64,000 bases of DNA, from NCBI GenBank assembly GCA_001002415.1, contig LCMB01000005.1, forward strand, positions 13,621 to 77,620. Reading direction: 5' to 3'. The translations under genes and the position numbers were made by a program. Source of the DNA: Microgenomates group bacterium GW2011_GWF2_46_18. GTDB lineage: Bacteria; Patescibacteriota; Microgenomatia; UBA1400; UBA12108. The notes beneath the pieces are model-generated. The model saw nothing but the letters and a program-made list of their open reading frames with translations. It made no database searches and was not told the DNA's origin. Positions 43,801 through 51,397 of the stretch are shown in pieces. Positions within the stretch are counted from its first letter, which is position 1. The number at the start of each line of letters is the position of its first letter.

Positions 43801-44421
43801 TAATTCATGTAGTCTCCCCACTTCTTGACCAACCGTTCGGTCAATTTTGTCTCTCTCAACTCCTAGCTCAACACCAACTTCTTGAGCAATTGTCCTCAAA
43901 TCAACCAAGCACTCGTCAATCTCTTCTTCCTTAATTGATTTAGACCCTCTCTCCCGTAAACCACCAATGCGACCATCTATTTGCTTGCCTCTATCAAGAA
44001 TTCTACTGCTATTTATCCCTGCTTTATGTAATGTTTCTTCCAATGTAACTTCTTTGTGAAAGGTTGCTTGGTCAACCTCAATAATATCTCTGTATAATTT
44101 ATTAATCTCAGTTTCTGCCTTTATCTTTTCTTCTCCCTTACCAGACAACCTAGCCTCTAACTCACTCAGGTTTTTTTGATCAACCTGATCCACTCCCAGC
44201 TTCGATTTAAGCAGTCGTAATTTAAATAAAGTAGCAAACTGTTCTAAAAATCCTAACGGTGAGTCTTTTGATTCCTTTGCCTGTCTATCAACTTCCTTTG
44301 TTCCTCCTTTTTCAGGTCTCGCAGAAGAATGAGCTTCTTTTTTTGTCATACCCTCAATTTTACCACACCAGGGTCGATTCAACTGGTAGAATAACCTCAT
44401 GGCCATCGCTCCCGCAGTCAC
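40894..44421 (-). CDS. 1175-aa orphan protein encoded antisense within the T4SS locus
   Basis: Uninterrupted 3.5-kb ORF. K/E/R-rich coiled N-terminal third. No TM, signal peptide or recognisable catalytic motif. An alternative start is MTKKEAH at 44349. Confidence 0.7.
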   Translation of the reverse strand: MTAGAMAMRLFYQLNRPWCGKIEGMTKKEAHSSARPEKGGTKEVDRQAKESKDSPLGFLEQFATLFKLRLLKSKLGVDQVDQKNLSELEARLSGKGEEKIKAETEINKLYRDIIEVDQATFHKEVTLEETLHKAGINSSRILDRGKQIDGRIGGLRERGSKSIKEEEIDECLVDLRTIAQEVGVELGVERDKIDRTVGQEVGRLHELRDRIQISKQREEIEGIAKTKSRKEKEKAKATLLEKEDFKQKREDDKRVLKVTRGTEEHQDSADKFIEELKRDFTGDQLEQSNEVHLAKGLLEAKNMNRQRLRFGHGISGIEAADEFTIRAGLIYADELTEKIVQRAIKQVAEGTQKDLLELQLRGQATLGVIRVWTSKRKDLTPDEVVGLIENEVQMGLNSIRGVREERSREVRVEQDGDGYEFVEDDFLSPEGTLTGHRRRRKLASRGPNPIEELEKKDVDMGRVSRIFSEKKRDFSKRKIVGEAHREQFGEEFINELKHIYPDLTENDYRYLYAGAVEMFGNEHYTILEEKLGRGDYEGYLKYLMSYLYKVGLREGQQDFQLQILMREARTQLADVGRSDLLDIYKAFEKTAIFHEAYYQLDREGYAKILNSWGVEPLQVFKNKWANKLNVRVAREDGTQLNELGVIKYDDLLQSSVWSHRLIYGDKKGSTNHFDEEKVYDDMLVTLLYGSESETCQIRGKDVINIVTGKRVAGLDDRLIVDGDEMSLESLVMNGRYMAGIAHDIWRLDGRCANVLDDVSISGAVGLNKALLTTWKIRRYAEEYGFIPTWMFEALSMDNMIYEIENYKDMVGSGMKTLFENKGGDGEAVAQLINDHIKRRRTLRGEEFRTNYLPIEDVRLLSKTSLSLGEAEAEYVRRQKLLGNEVDINNPQYKEQIKILHRKWSSNLFTASERAMIDQVDWKSVNAEYAKELGVESIGDTFEAFIEHFSFGRLSATEKLRGTDLMDYGGYFLKSGQVVDIFKSGFGGGATEAIAKIFGTMEGYLPYDTSGLRRFMIKEMEVMYSWDDRKWSVEVPKMKEKMGPNGKMVDGNMDGEMLPNKEIMTDENGYWVGKKDTIKLRGDSLLGKSRMRRSRRERDIEYAVYSMVGTGTLDRDSAEEFLNSKYGGIFKKNRNAALAYRWLKRWVYLDDPWILLEVGWEEGKKVISAIFKQIFS

Positions 44422-47218
44422 CCAGCAAATCCTCTCCCACCTCGAACAGGACCGCGCCAGTAACTACTATCGCCTCCAGTATTACCTCAAATCCATTTTG
44501 AACCGTCGCGCTGTTGATATTGTTCTCGATAATCAAACCACCATCTCTCTTTCCCCCCAGGAAGCCTGGGACATTATCGCTCCTTGGGCAGCTTCCGCCG
44601 AAGTCGGTCTCCCTGTTGAAAAACGAGGAAGTCTCAAAACCATGGCAGGCAGGCTCCTTAGCTATATCGAAATCAATATTGTCGAAGCCAGTGCCGCAGC
44701 CGCCGCCTCCTACTACTCCCATCTCGAGCAAGCTCAAAACCCTCTCCCAATTATCAGTCCCACCACCCCCGAACTAGATAGCTACACCAAAGCCGCCGCT
44801 CTTCGTCAACAATTGTTCTCGGCTGTAAACACCAAATTCCTGGGTGGACTAACTACCAAGCTCGAGCAAACCCGTTATCTCCAGCGGATCCCCGATGTCC
44901 GCACCCGCTCTCTAGTTGCGGCCTTCCTAGCCGGTAACTCCGCCTCCCTCCGCTCTTATACCCTCGACAAAACAGACACTTCTGACCTGCCTACCCGTCT
45001 TAATCAGCTCTTGCTTGCCCGGGCTGGCGACCAGCACGTCAACGAGGCCATCCATCTCGCCTACTCCGCCGAAGTTGAGCCCGAACTAAAAGAAATTTCC
45101 GAAACCATAAACACTCACATTACCCAAGTCTATGGTACCGACAACACTACCTTCCTTGCCGACCAAGCCTCTCTCCGTACACTCTCCGCTCTCTCTCCCA
45201 CTCTCGACGATATTGGGGTTCTCGTTCAACATCTCTCTCCTCATGCCACTCCCGCCGAGCAATCTGCCCTAACCCAAGCTCTTCGCTCCCAAATCGTCTC
45301 TTCCGCACGCGCTCAGCACCAGTCAGGCCAAACCCTGCTGACCCGAGCCTTCCGCCAGGCCGGTCTCGCTGGCGACCCCACCGCTCTTTCTTCTCTCTCT
45401 CCCATCCTCGAAGAATTGGTTGTTTCCACTCGTCAGGGACTCTTGGACACTCAGGTATTTGACCGCGATCCCCGCCTCCTTGCTACCTATTCGCTTGCCG
45501 CCCAAACTGGCGTCAGCCCCACCATCCCCTGGCTTAAACCCAAAGATTTGCAGGCGGTTCAAACCAAGCTTCTTTCTGGCACCAACTTTACCGATCCCCA
45601 AGCCGCTCTGACTGCCGAACTAGGGAGTGCTACACCCAATTTAACTCGGGTTAGCGAACTCAAGAATTTTCTCAGCCTCAAAAATCAACACCGTGATTAT
45701 CAAGCTCGTCTTTCCGATAGTCCGCTTCTTGCCACCCAGGATTTGCTGGCCCGAACTTCTGGCAACTGGACTGCCTTCCGTCAACCCGCCGACCGAATCA
45801 TGCGCAAAGTCTGGCGCGGTATCGACAAGGTTGATGATGTGCTCAACTGGCCTACCCGCAAACTCTCCGAGGAAATTGACAAGCTGGTCGACAAAACAAC
45901 TATTACCGTCAAACTTAGAAATGGCAAAAAACTCGCTATCCCCCTTCTTAGCCCCGTCAATTTTGTTTACAACCAATGGACCAATCTTCAAAAAGGTCTG
46001 GCTCTCCGGGTCTTCCGCTGGTCTCACAAACTTGCTTTGAGTGGCAAGTGGTACTCGGCCCCCCTTCGCCAAGTAGCCGACTTTTCCCGGGCTTTCTTCA
46101 AGGCTGATGCCAACTGGGGCCATGCCAGCTTCCTTTTCGTCGAGCGCAAATGGGGCAATCTTTTAAACTGGACAGCTAAAAAGGTCTTCAAACAAGAAGC
46201 TTTTACCGCCCTCAAAGCCAGTATCGGTGCTTCGATCAAAACTTTTGCCATGAAAATTGCTCCAGCCTTAACCTCCAAGGTCCTAGCCATCGTCGCAGAC
46301 CTGGGTCTTTCGGCAACTGGGGTTGGTCTCATTCTGGTAGGCGCGCAAATCCTCTGGGAAGCGGGCAAATTCCTCTTCCACAAACTTCGCGATTTTATTA
46401 CCAATGCCGGCGGCTTCCGCGACAAGGTTCTCAACTGGCTGCCTATCGCCGTTGGTGCCGCCGCTTCTTGGCTAATCGCCCTTCCCGCCATTGTTTTAGG
46501 CGCCGCCGCCGCCTTCTTAAGCGGAGCTTTAGCTGCCCTCGCCGCTCTTTTTACTTCCCTCGCCCCCCTTTTTATCCTGGCTCTTGCCCTTGCCGGCGGA
46601 CTCCTGGCTGGCACTGCCCTCCTCTACCAAATTTCCATCAAAACTATCCCAGATTTGGATTCCAAAGCTGCTCAAATCTTTTCTTCTCTCGTGTGTGATC
46701 AAAGTGGACAGTCTGGTTCTTCCCCCATAGCCAATTGTGCTTCTTGTCTTGTAGAGTACCTTACAGATTGTTATAGTCAAGAAGTCACTGATTCCGATTT
46801 TGCTACCACTGGCATTGGTTGTCTCATCGCCAAAAGTATTGCTCCCGATGTTGCTTCCATCATTGAACAGTCAGCTACCAAATATACCTATCTTCAATGT
46901 GTTGGTTTTGCCCAAGCTTCCGTCGCCTGTGGCGGTGGTTCGTTAGCCGGGAACAATGCTTGCGGATACATCAATAATGCCCCCTCTGGTTGGACCTATG
47001 TCAAAGGTACCGCCGGGGCCAAATCTGGGAATCTGTGTATGATCGCCAGTAGTGGCACTTGTAGTGACGGAGCTCCTGGCCACATTTTTGTAGTTGGCCA
47101 AGAAGATTGTGGAGCTCTCATTTGTGCTATCGATGCTAATAAGGTTTGTGCCGGCTGTGTTAGTGCCGAAACTAGAATCCCTGCCGGAGAAGTTGCGGGT
47201 TGTCTTACACCCAACTAA
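44399..47218 (+). CDS. 939-aa membrane protein with C-terminal CHAP-like peptidoglycan hydrolase domain (PrgK/TraG-hydrolase analogue)
   Basis: ~560-aa soluble N-terminus, then an Ala/Leu-rich TM cluster at about residues 590-740. The Cys-rich C-terminus has YLQCVGFAQ (catalytic Cys context) and GHIFVVGQ (His), as in CHAP domains. Confidence 0.65.
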   Translation: MAIAPAVTQQILSHLEQDRASNYYRLQYYLKSILNRRAVDIVLDNQTTISLSPQEAWDIIAPWAASAEVGLPVEKRGSLKTMAGRLLSYIEINIVEASAAAAASYYSHLEQAQNPLPIISPTTPELDSYTKAAALRQQLFSAVNTKFLGGLTTKLEQTRYLQRIPDVRTRSLVAAFLAGNSASLRSYTLDKTDTSDLPTRLNQLLLARAGDQHVNEAIHLAYSAEVEPELKEISETINTHITQVYGTDNTTFLADQASLRTLSALSPTLDDIGVLVQHLSPHATPAEQSALTQALRSQIVSSARAQHQSGQTLLTRAFRQAGLAGDPTALSSLSPILEELVVSTRQGLLDTQVFDRDPRLLATYSLAAQTGVSPTIPWLKPKDLQAVQTKLLSGTNFTDPQAALTAELGSATPNLTRVSELKNFLSLKNQHRDYQARLSDSPLLATQDLLARTSGNWTAFRQPADRIMRKVWRGIDKVDDVLNWPTRKLSEEIDKLVDKTTITVKLRNGKKLAIPLLSPVNFVYNQWTNLQKGLALRVFRWSHKLALSGKWYSAPLRQVADFSRAFFKADANWGHASFLFVERKWGNLLNWTAKKVFKQEAFTALKASIGASIKTFAMKIAPALTSKVLAIVADLGLSATGVGLILVGAQILWEAGKFLFHKLRDFITNAGGFRDKVLNWLPIAVGAAASWLIALPAIVLGAAAAFLSGALAALAALFTSLAPLFILALALAGGLLAGTALLYQISIKTIPDLDSKAAQIFSSLVCDQSGQSGSSPIANCASCLVEYLTDCYSQEVTDSDFATTGIGCLIAKSIAPDVASIIEQSATKYTYLQCVGFAQASVACGGGSLAGNNACGYINNAPSGWTYVKGTAGAKSGNLCMIASSGTCSDGAPGHIFVVGQEDCGALICAIDANKVCAGCVSAETRIPAGEVAGCLTPN

Positions 47219-47227
47219 AATGAATCT

Positions 47228-47833
47228 ATGTTAAAACAATTCTCTCCCCGACAAAAAGTCCTCCTCCTGATTTTGGGAGGCTTATTTGCTCTTCTCCTTA
47301 TATTTTTCTCTCAATTAACTCCTCCCTCTCCCATCATTACTAAAACCAAGCCTCTCGACAAAGCAGTTGATGTTCCGCTTCTTCCCACCATCGAACTTCA
47401 CTTTGATCGTGATATTACCCTCTCAGATATCACCCTTTCCGTCGCCCCCTTCATTGATCTCCGTTCTACTTTAACCTCCCCTACTACTATCGCTTTTGTC
47501 CCCACTTCCCCGCTAACTCCCACAACCACTTATGTTTTCTCTGTCTCAATTCTTGACTCATCCCCGCACCAATTCAGTTTTACTACTCAGTCTACTCAAA
47601 CCGATCAAGTTCTTCTTGACCGCCTCAATTCCGAGCTTGATCGCGATTATCCGCTAGCTGCTAAAACTCCTTATGAAACCTCCCAATTCCGCGTCGTCTA
47701 TAGTGCTCCGCTTACTCTCAAAATTACCCTCAAGTCATCTGCCCTCACTCCAGATTCCGCCACCAATCAAGTCCAAGACTGGGTTAAAGCTCGAGGTATT
47801 AACCCCACCACTCATCAATACGTCGTCGAGTAG
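47228..47833 (+). CDS. TM-anchored Ig-like (SbsA/Big_5-like) domain protein
   Basis: TM is VLLLILGGLFALLLIFF, then PLDKAVDVPLLPTIELHFDRDITLSDITLSVAP. TAAAAT at 47216-47221 lies 6 nt before the ATG. Confidence 0.55.
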   Translation: MLKQFSPRQKVLLLILGGLFALLLIFFSQLTPPSPIITKTKPLDKAVDVPLLPTIELHFDRDITLSDITLSVAPFIDLRSTLTSPTTIAFVPTSPLTPTTTYVFSVSILDSSPHQFSFTTQSTQTDQVLLDRLNSELDRDYPLAAKTPYETSQFRVVYSAPLTLKITLKSSALTPDSATNQVQDWVKARGINPTTHQYVVE

Positions 47834-47885
47834 TTTTTCCTCATGCGCTATACTTAGTATTAATATCTATTACTGATCACTAGTC

Positions 47886-48878
47886 ATGCAGCAACACCCC
47901 GTCCCCCAAAATGTCACCCAATACCAATTCCGCCTCGTTGGTGACATGACTCTCAAGCAATTTCTCGAACTTGCAGGGGGGATGCTTCTGGCATATCTTA
48001 TCTACGCTAGCAATCTTTTTATCGTTTTCAAGCTCCCCCTCGCCCTGCTTGGTCTTTTTTTAGGGATTGCTCTCGCCTTCTTCCCCATCGAAGATCGACC
48101 CCTGGACGTTTGGTTCATCAATTTTGTTAAAAGTATTTATGCTCCCACTCGTTTCATCTGGAAGAAAACCGAGAGAATCCCCTCTCTTTTTCTTTTTTCT
48201 CCCCACCCGATTACCAATACCGTCACCGCCGTCAAAACTATCAAAGCTCCTCCTATTGCCCTTCCGGCTGCTCCCGCTTCTGATCTCTCCGATCTAGAAA
48301 CTTCACACCTCACCACTCTTAACTCGCTCTTTTCCGCGCTCCCCGCCCCGGCTCCCACATCTCATACCACCCCCATCTTTGAAAAACCTTCCGTTACTGT
48401 CCGCAAACTCACTCTCCCCTCGCCCGCCGTAGCCACTGACGTAGATGTGGCCTCGCCCGTCCCTGTCGTTGCCCCCATTGTGTCTCCCCCCATTATCACT
48501 CCTCCCCCCGTCGTTACCCCTCCTCCAACCACCATATTTGTTCGCCCCACCCCCACTCCCGCCGCCAACCTGGTCACTACTCCTCCCAAACCCATCTCTC
48601 TTCCTTTAAGCCCCCAGAGGCCCAATCTCGTTGTTGGCGTTACTACCGATCCAGCCGGCAAACTCGTCGAAGGAGCTATCGTTCAGATTGTTGATGCTAC
48701 CGGCCTCCCCGCGCGTGCCATGAAAACCAACGCGCTCGGCCAATTCGCAACCGCCACCCCCCTTTCTCCCGGCACTTATACCGTCGAAGTCGATTCTGGT
48801 AGTCATACTTTCTCCCCCCAACAACTTGTTATTTCTGACCAAATTATTCCCCCCTTCGAACTTCGTGCCACGGCTTAA
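47886..48878 (+). CDS. PrgI-family (VirB3-like) T4SS membrane protein with Pro-rich linker and CarboxypepD_reg-like C-terminus
   Basis: MQQHPVPQNVTQYQFRLVGDMTLKQFLELAGGMLLAYLIY plus a second TM (PrgI-type N-terminus). Then a P/T/V-rich linker and VVGVTTDPAGKLVEGAIVQIVDATG...GTYTVEV. Confidence 0.65.
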   Translation: MQQHPVPQNVTQYQFRLVGDMTLKQFLELAGGMLLAYLIYASNLFIVFKLPLALLGLFLGIALAFFPIEDRPLDVWFINFVKSIYAPTRFIWKKTERIPSLFLFSPHPITNTVTAVKTIKAPPIALPAAPASDLSDLETSHLTTLNSLFSALPAPAPTSHTTPIFEKPSVTVRKLTLPSPAVATDVDVASPVPVVAPIVSPPIITPPPVVTPPPTTIFVRPTPTPAANLVTTPPKPISLPLSPQRPNLVVGVTTDPAGKLVEGAIVQIVDATGLPARAMKTNALGQFATATPLSPGTYTVEVDSGSHTFSPQQLVISDQIIPPFELRATA

Positions 48879-48900
48879 TGCGTTATACTAACAACTAACT

Positions 48901-49539
48901 ATGTCCGATTCTGTCATTGTCGCCACTACCCAAGATCACCTTGACATCGAGACCATCCAAAATGATCTTGTCATCCTCAAAACAGGTATTTGCAGCATGC
49001 TCATCGAAACCTCCGCCATCAACTTTGGCCTCCTCTCCGAAGAAGAACAAGACGCTATTATTTACGCCTATGCTGGCCTTCTTAACTCCCTTAGTTTCCC
49101 CATTCAAATTGTCATTAAATCCGAGAAAAAGGATATTTCCGGCTATCTCGAACTTTTGTCCGCCCAAGAAAAGCAGCTTAAAACCGAACTCCTCAAAACT
49201 CGCATGCAACAATATCGTGAATTTATCGAAACCACGATCACCGAACAAAACGTCCTCGACAAAAAATTCTATTTAGTTGTCAGTTACCAATTAGTGACTT
49301 TATCTGGTAAGGTTGAAATCACTGAAGAGCTTCTCCAAAAAGCCAAAATTGATCTCGAACCCAAACGGGACCACATTATCAAACAACTTTCTCGTATTGG
49401 TTTGACCGCTCACCAACTCAACTCCCAAAGTCTTATGAAGCTTTTCCATAGTTTTTACAACTCCACTATCAAAGGTCAAAAGTTTACCACCACCCCCGAC
49501 TACGAAACCCCGGTTGTCGCTCCCAACATCGCCAAATAA
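48901..49539 (+). CDS. soluble 212-aa T4SS-associated protein (function unknown)
   Basis: DLVILKTGICSMLIETSAINFGLLSEEEQDAIIYAYAGLLNSLSFPIQIVIKS. Lies directly upstream of VirB4. Confidence 0.55.
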   Translation: MSDSVIVATTQDHLDIETIQNDLVILKTGICSMLIETSAINFGLLSEEEQDAIIYAYAGLLNSLSFPIQIVIKSEKKDISGYLELLSAQEKQLKTELLKTRMQQYREFIETTITEQNVLDKKFYLVVSYQLVTLSGKVEITEELLQKAKIDLEPKRDHIIKQLSRIGLTAHQLNSQSLMKLFHSFYNSTIKGQKFTTTPDYETPVVAPNIAK

Positions 49540-49558
49540 TACGCTATACTAACCTCAT

Positions 49559-51397
49559 ATGAACTTGCCCTTCCCTTTTGTTGGCAAAAAACACAGTCAC
49601 GCCAAGGACGCCGACCCTACCGGGACCAGCTCTCCCGTCTCTGCTCCTGTCCGCATCCTCTCCCAGGCTACTAGCCATGTCAAAGACATTATTGCCCCCG
49701 AAGCCATTGAAGTGGACTGGAGTGATATCAAAATTAACGATACCTACTACCGCACCCTCTTTGTCGCTGGTTATCCTCGCTTTGTCAATGCCAACTGGCT
49801 CTCCCCCCTTATCAATTTTAATCACAGCTTGACCGTTTCCATGTTCATTTATCCCGTCGATGGCAAAGGTGTGATCGAAGACCTCCGTCGCAAAATCGCT
49901 GAAATGGAAGCCGAGCTCCAAGGCGATATCCAGCGCGGTCGCATCGTCAATATCGATACTCAAGTCAAATTAGAAGACGCCCGCAGTCTCCAGGAACAGC
50001 TCGCCAAAGGGGCCGAACGTTTTTTCCAGTTTGGTCTGTATATTACCATTCGCGACGATAAAAAAGAGGTACTTAATCAAGTCACCAATCATGTTAAATC
50101 AACTTTAGGGGCTCTCTTAATTGTCGCCAAAACTGCCACCCTCCAAATCGAAGATGGTTTCAAAACTACTCTCCCGACAGGTCTCGACAAACTCAAAATT
50201 AACCGCAACATGGATACCACCAGCTTAGCTACCACCTTCCCCTTCACTTCCTCCGAATTAACCGCCAACGAAGGTTTGATGTATGGGATCAACGAACACA
50301 ATGATAGTCTCGTTGTCTTCGATCGCTTCTCCCTCGAAAACGCCAACATGGTTGTCTTTGCCAAATCCGGCTCCGGCAAAAGTTACATGGTCAAGCTCGA
50401 GATCCTTCGCTCACTTCTTTTCGAAACCGAAGTGATTGTCATCGACCCCGAAGACGAATACCGGAAACTTACCACCGCTCTTGAGGGCACCTACATCGAC
50501 TTTAGTTTTAACTCTCCCGCCCGTCTCAACCCCTTTGATCTCCCCCAAACCAAAGAACCCGACGAAAACGAGCTCGCCATGAAAATTATTTCTCTTCACT
50601 CCCTTTTCAAAATTATGTTGGGAGACGTTAGTGCCAGCGAAGAAGCCCTCCTTGACCGCGCTCTTGTTATGACTTACCAGATGAAAGGAATCACCCGCGA
50701 TCCCGCCACCCACAGCCAGGAACCCCCTCTTATGGAAGATCTCTACAAAGCCCTGATTGGGATGGAAGAAGCCGTGGCCCGTGGCCTGGCCGACCGCCTC
50801 GAAAAATATGTTAAAGGAAGTTTCCAGGGTATCTTCTCTCAAAAAAGTAACGTCAACCTTGGTAGTCAACTAACCGTTTTTGGGATCAAAAATCTCCAAG
50901 ACGAGATGCGCCCCACCGCCATTTTTATCATTCTTGATTATATCTGGACCAAAATTAAGCGCGATCTCAAAAAGCGTCTCCTGGTAGTAGATGAGGCCTG
51001 GTACCTTATGAAATCCGAAGACTCCGCCACCTTCCTTTATGGAATTGCCAAACGCGCCCGTAAATATTTCTTAGGGTTAACCACTATTACTCAGGATGTC
51101 GAAGATTTCCTGGGGAGCGATCACGGCAAAGCTATTGTCAACAATGCTAGTCTCCAGGTTTTAATGAAACAAAGTACCAGCGCTATCGACAAACTGGCCC
51201 AAGTCTTTTTCCTTTCTCAAGGAGAGCGCCATTTTCTCTTAACCGCCGAAATTGGGGAAGCCCTCTTTTTTGCCGGTCAAAACCACGTGGCTATGCGCGT
51301 TGTTGCCTCTCCCGAGGAACACCAGTTGATTACCACCGACCCCCAAGAACTAACCAAAGTTCAGGCGGCAACTCCCCCGCCCCCCGTTAAACATTGA
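49559..51397 (+). CDS. virB4: VirB4/TraE/PrgJ-type T4SS ATPase
   Basis: Walker A VFAKSGSGKSYMVK, Walker B RLLVVDEAWYLM. N-terminal YYRTLFVAGYPRFVNANWLSPLI is typical of Gram-positive VirB4 homologues. Confidence 0.85.
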   Translation: MNLPFPFVGKKHSHAKDADPTGTSSPVSAPVRILSQATSHVKDIIAPEAIEVDWSDIKINDTYYRTLFVAGYPRFVNANWLSPLINFNHSLTVSMFIYPVDGKGVIEDLRRKIAEMEAELQGDIQRGRIVNIDTQVKLEDARSLQEQLAKGAERFFQFGLYITIRDDKKEVLNQVTNHVKSTLGALLIVAKTATLQIEDGFKTTLPTGLDKLKINRNMDTTSLATTFPFTSSELTANEGLMYGINEHNDSLVVFDRFSLENANMVVFAKSGSGKSYMVKLEILRSLLFETEVIVIDPEDEYRKLTTALEGTYIDFSFNSPARLNPFDLPQTKEPDENELAMKIISLHSLFKIMLGDVSASEEALLDRALVMTYQMKGITRDPATHSQEPPLMEDLYKALIGMEEAVARGLADRLEKYVKGSFQGIFSQKSNVNLGSQLTVFGIKNLQDEMRPTAIFIILDYIWTKIKRDLKKRLLVVDEAWYLMKSEDSATFLYGIAKRARKYFLGLTTITQDVEDFLGSDHGKAIVNNASLQVLMKQSTSAIDKLAQVFFLSQGERHFLLTAEIGEALFFAGQNHVAMRVVASPEEHQLITTDPQELTKVQAATPPPPVKH

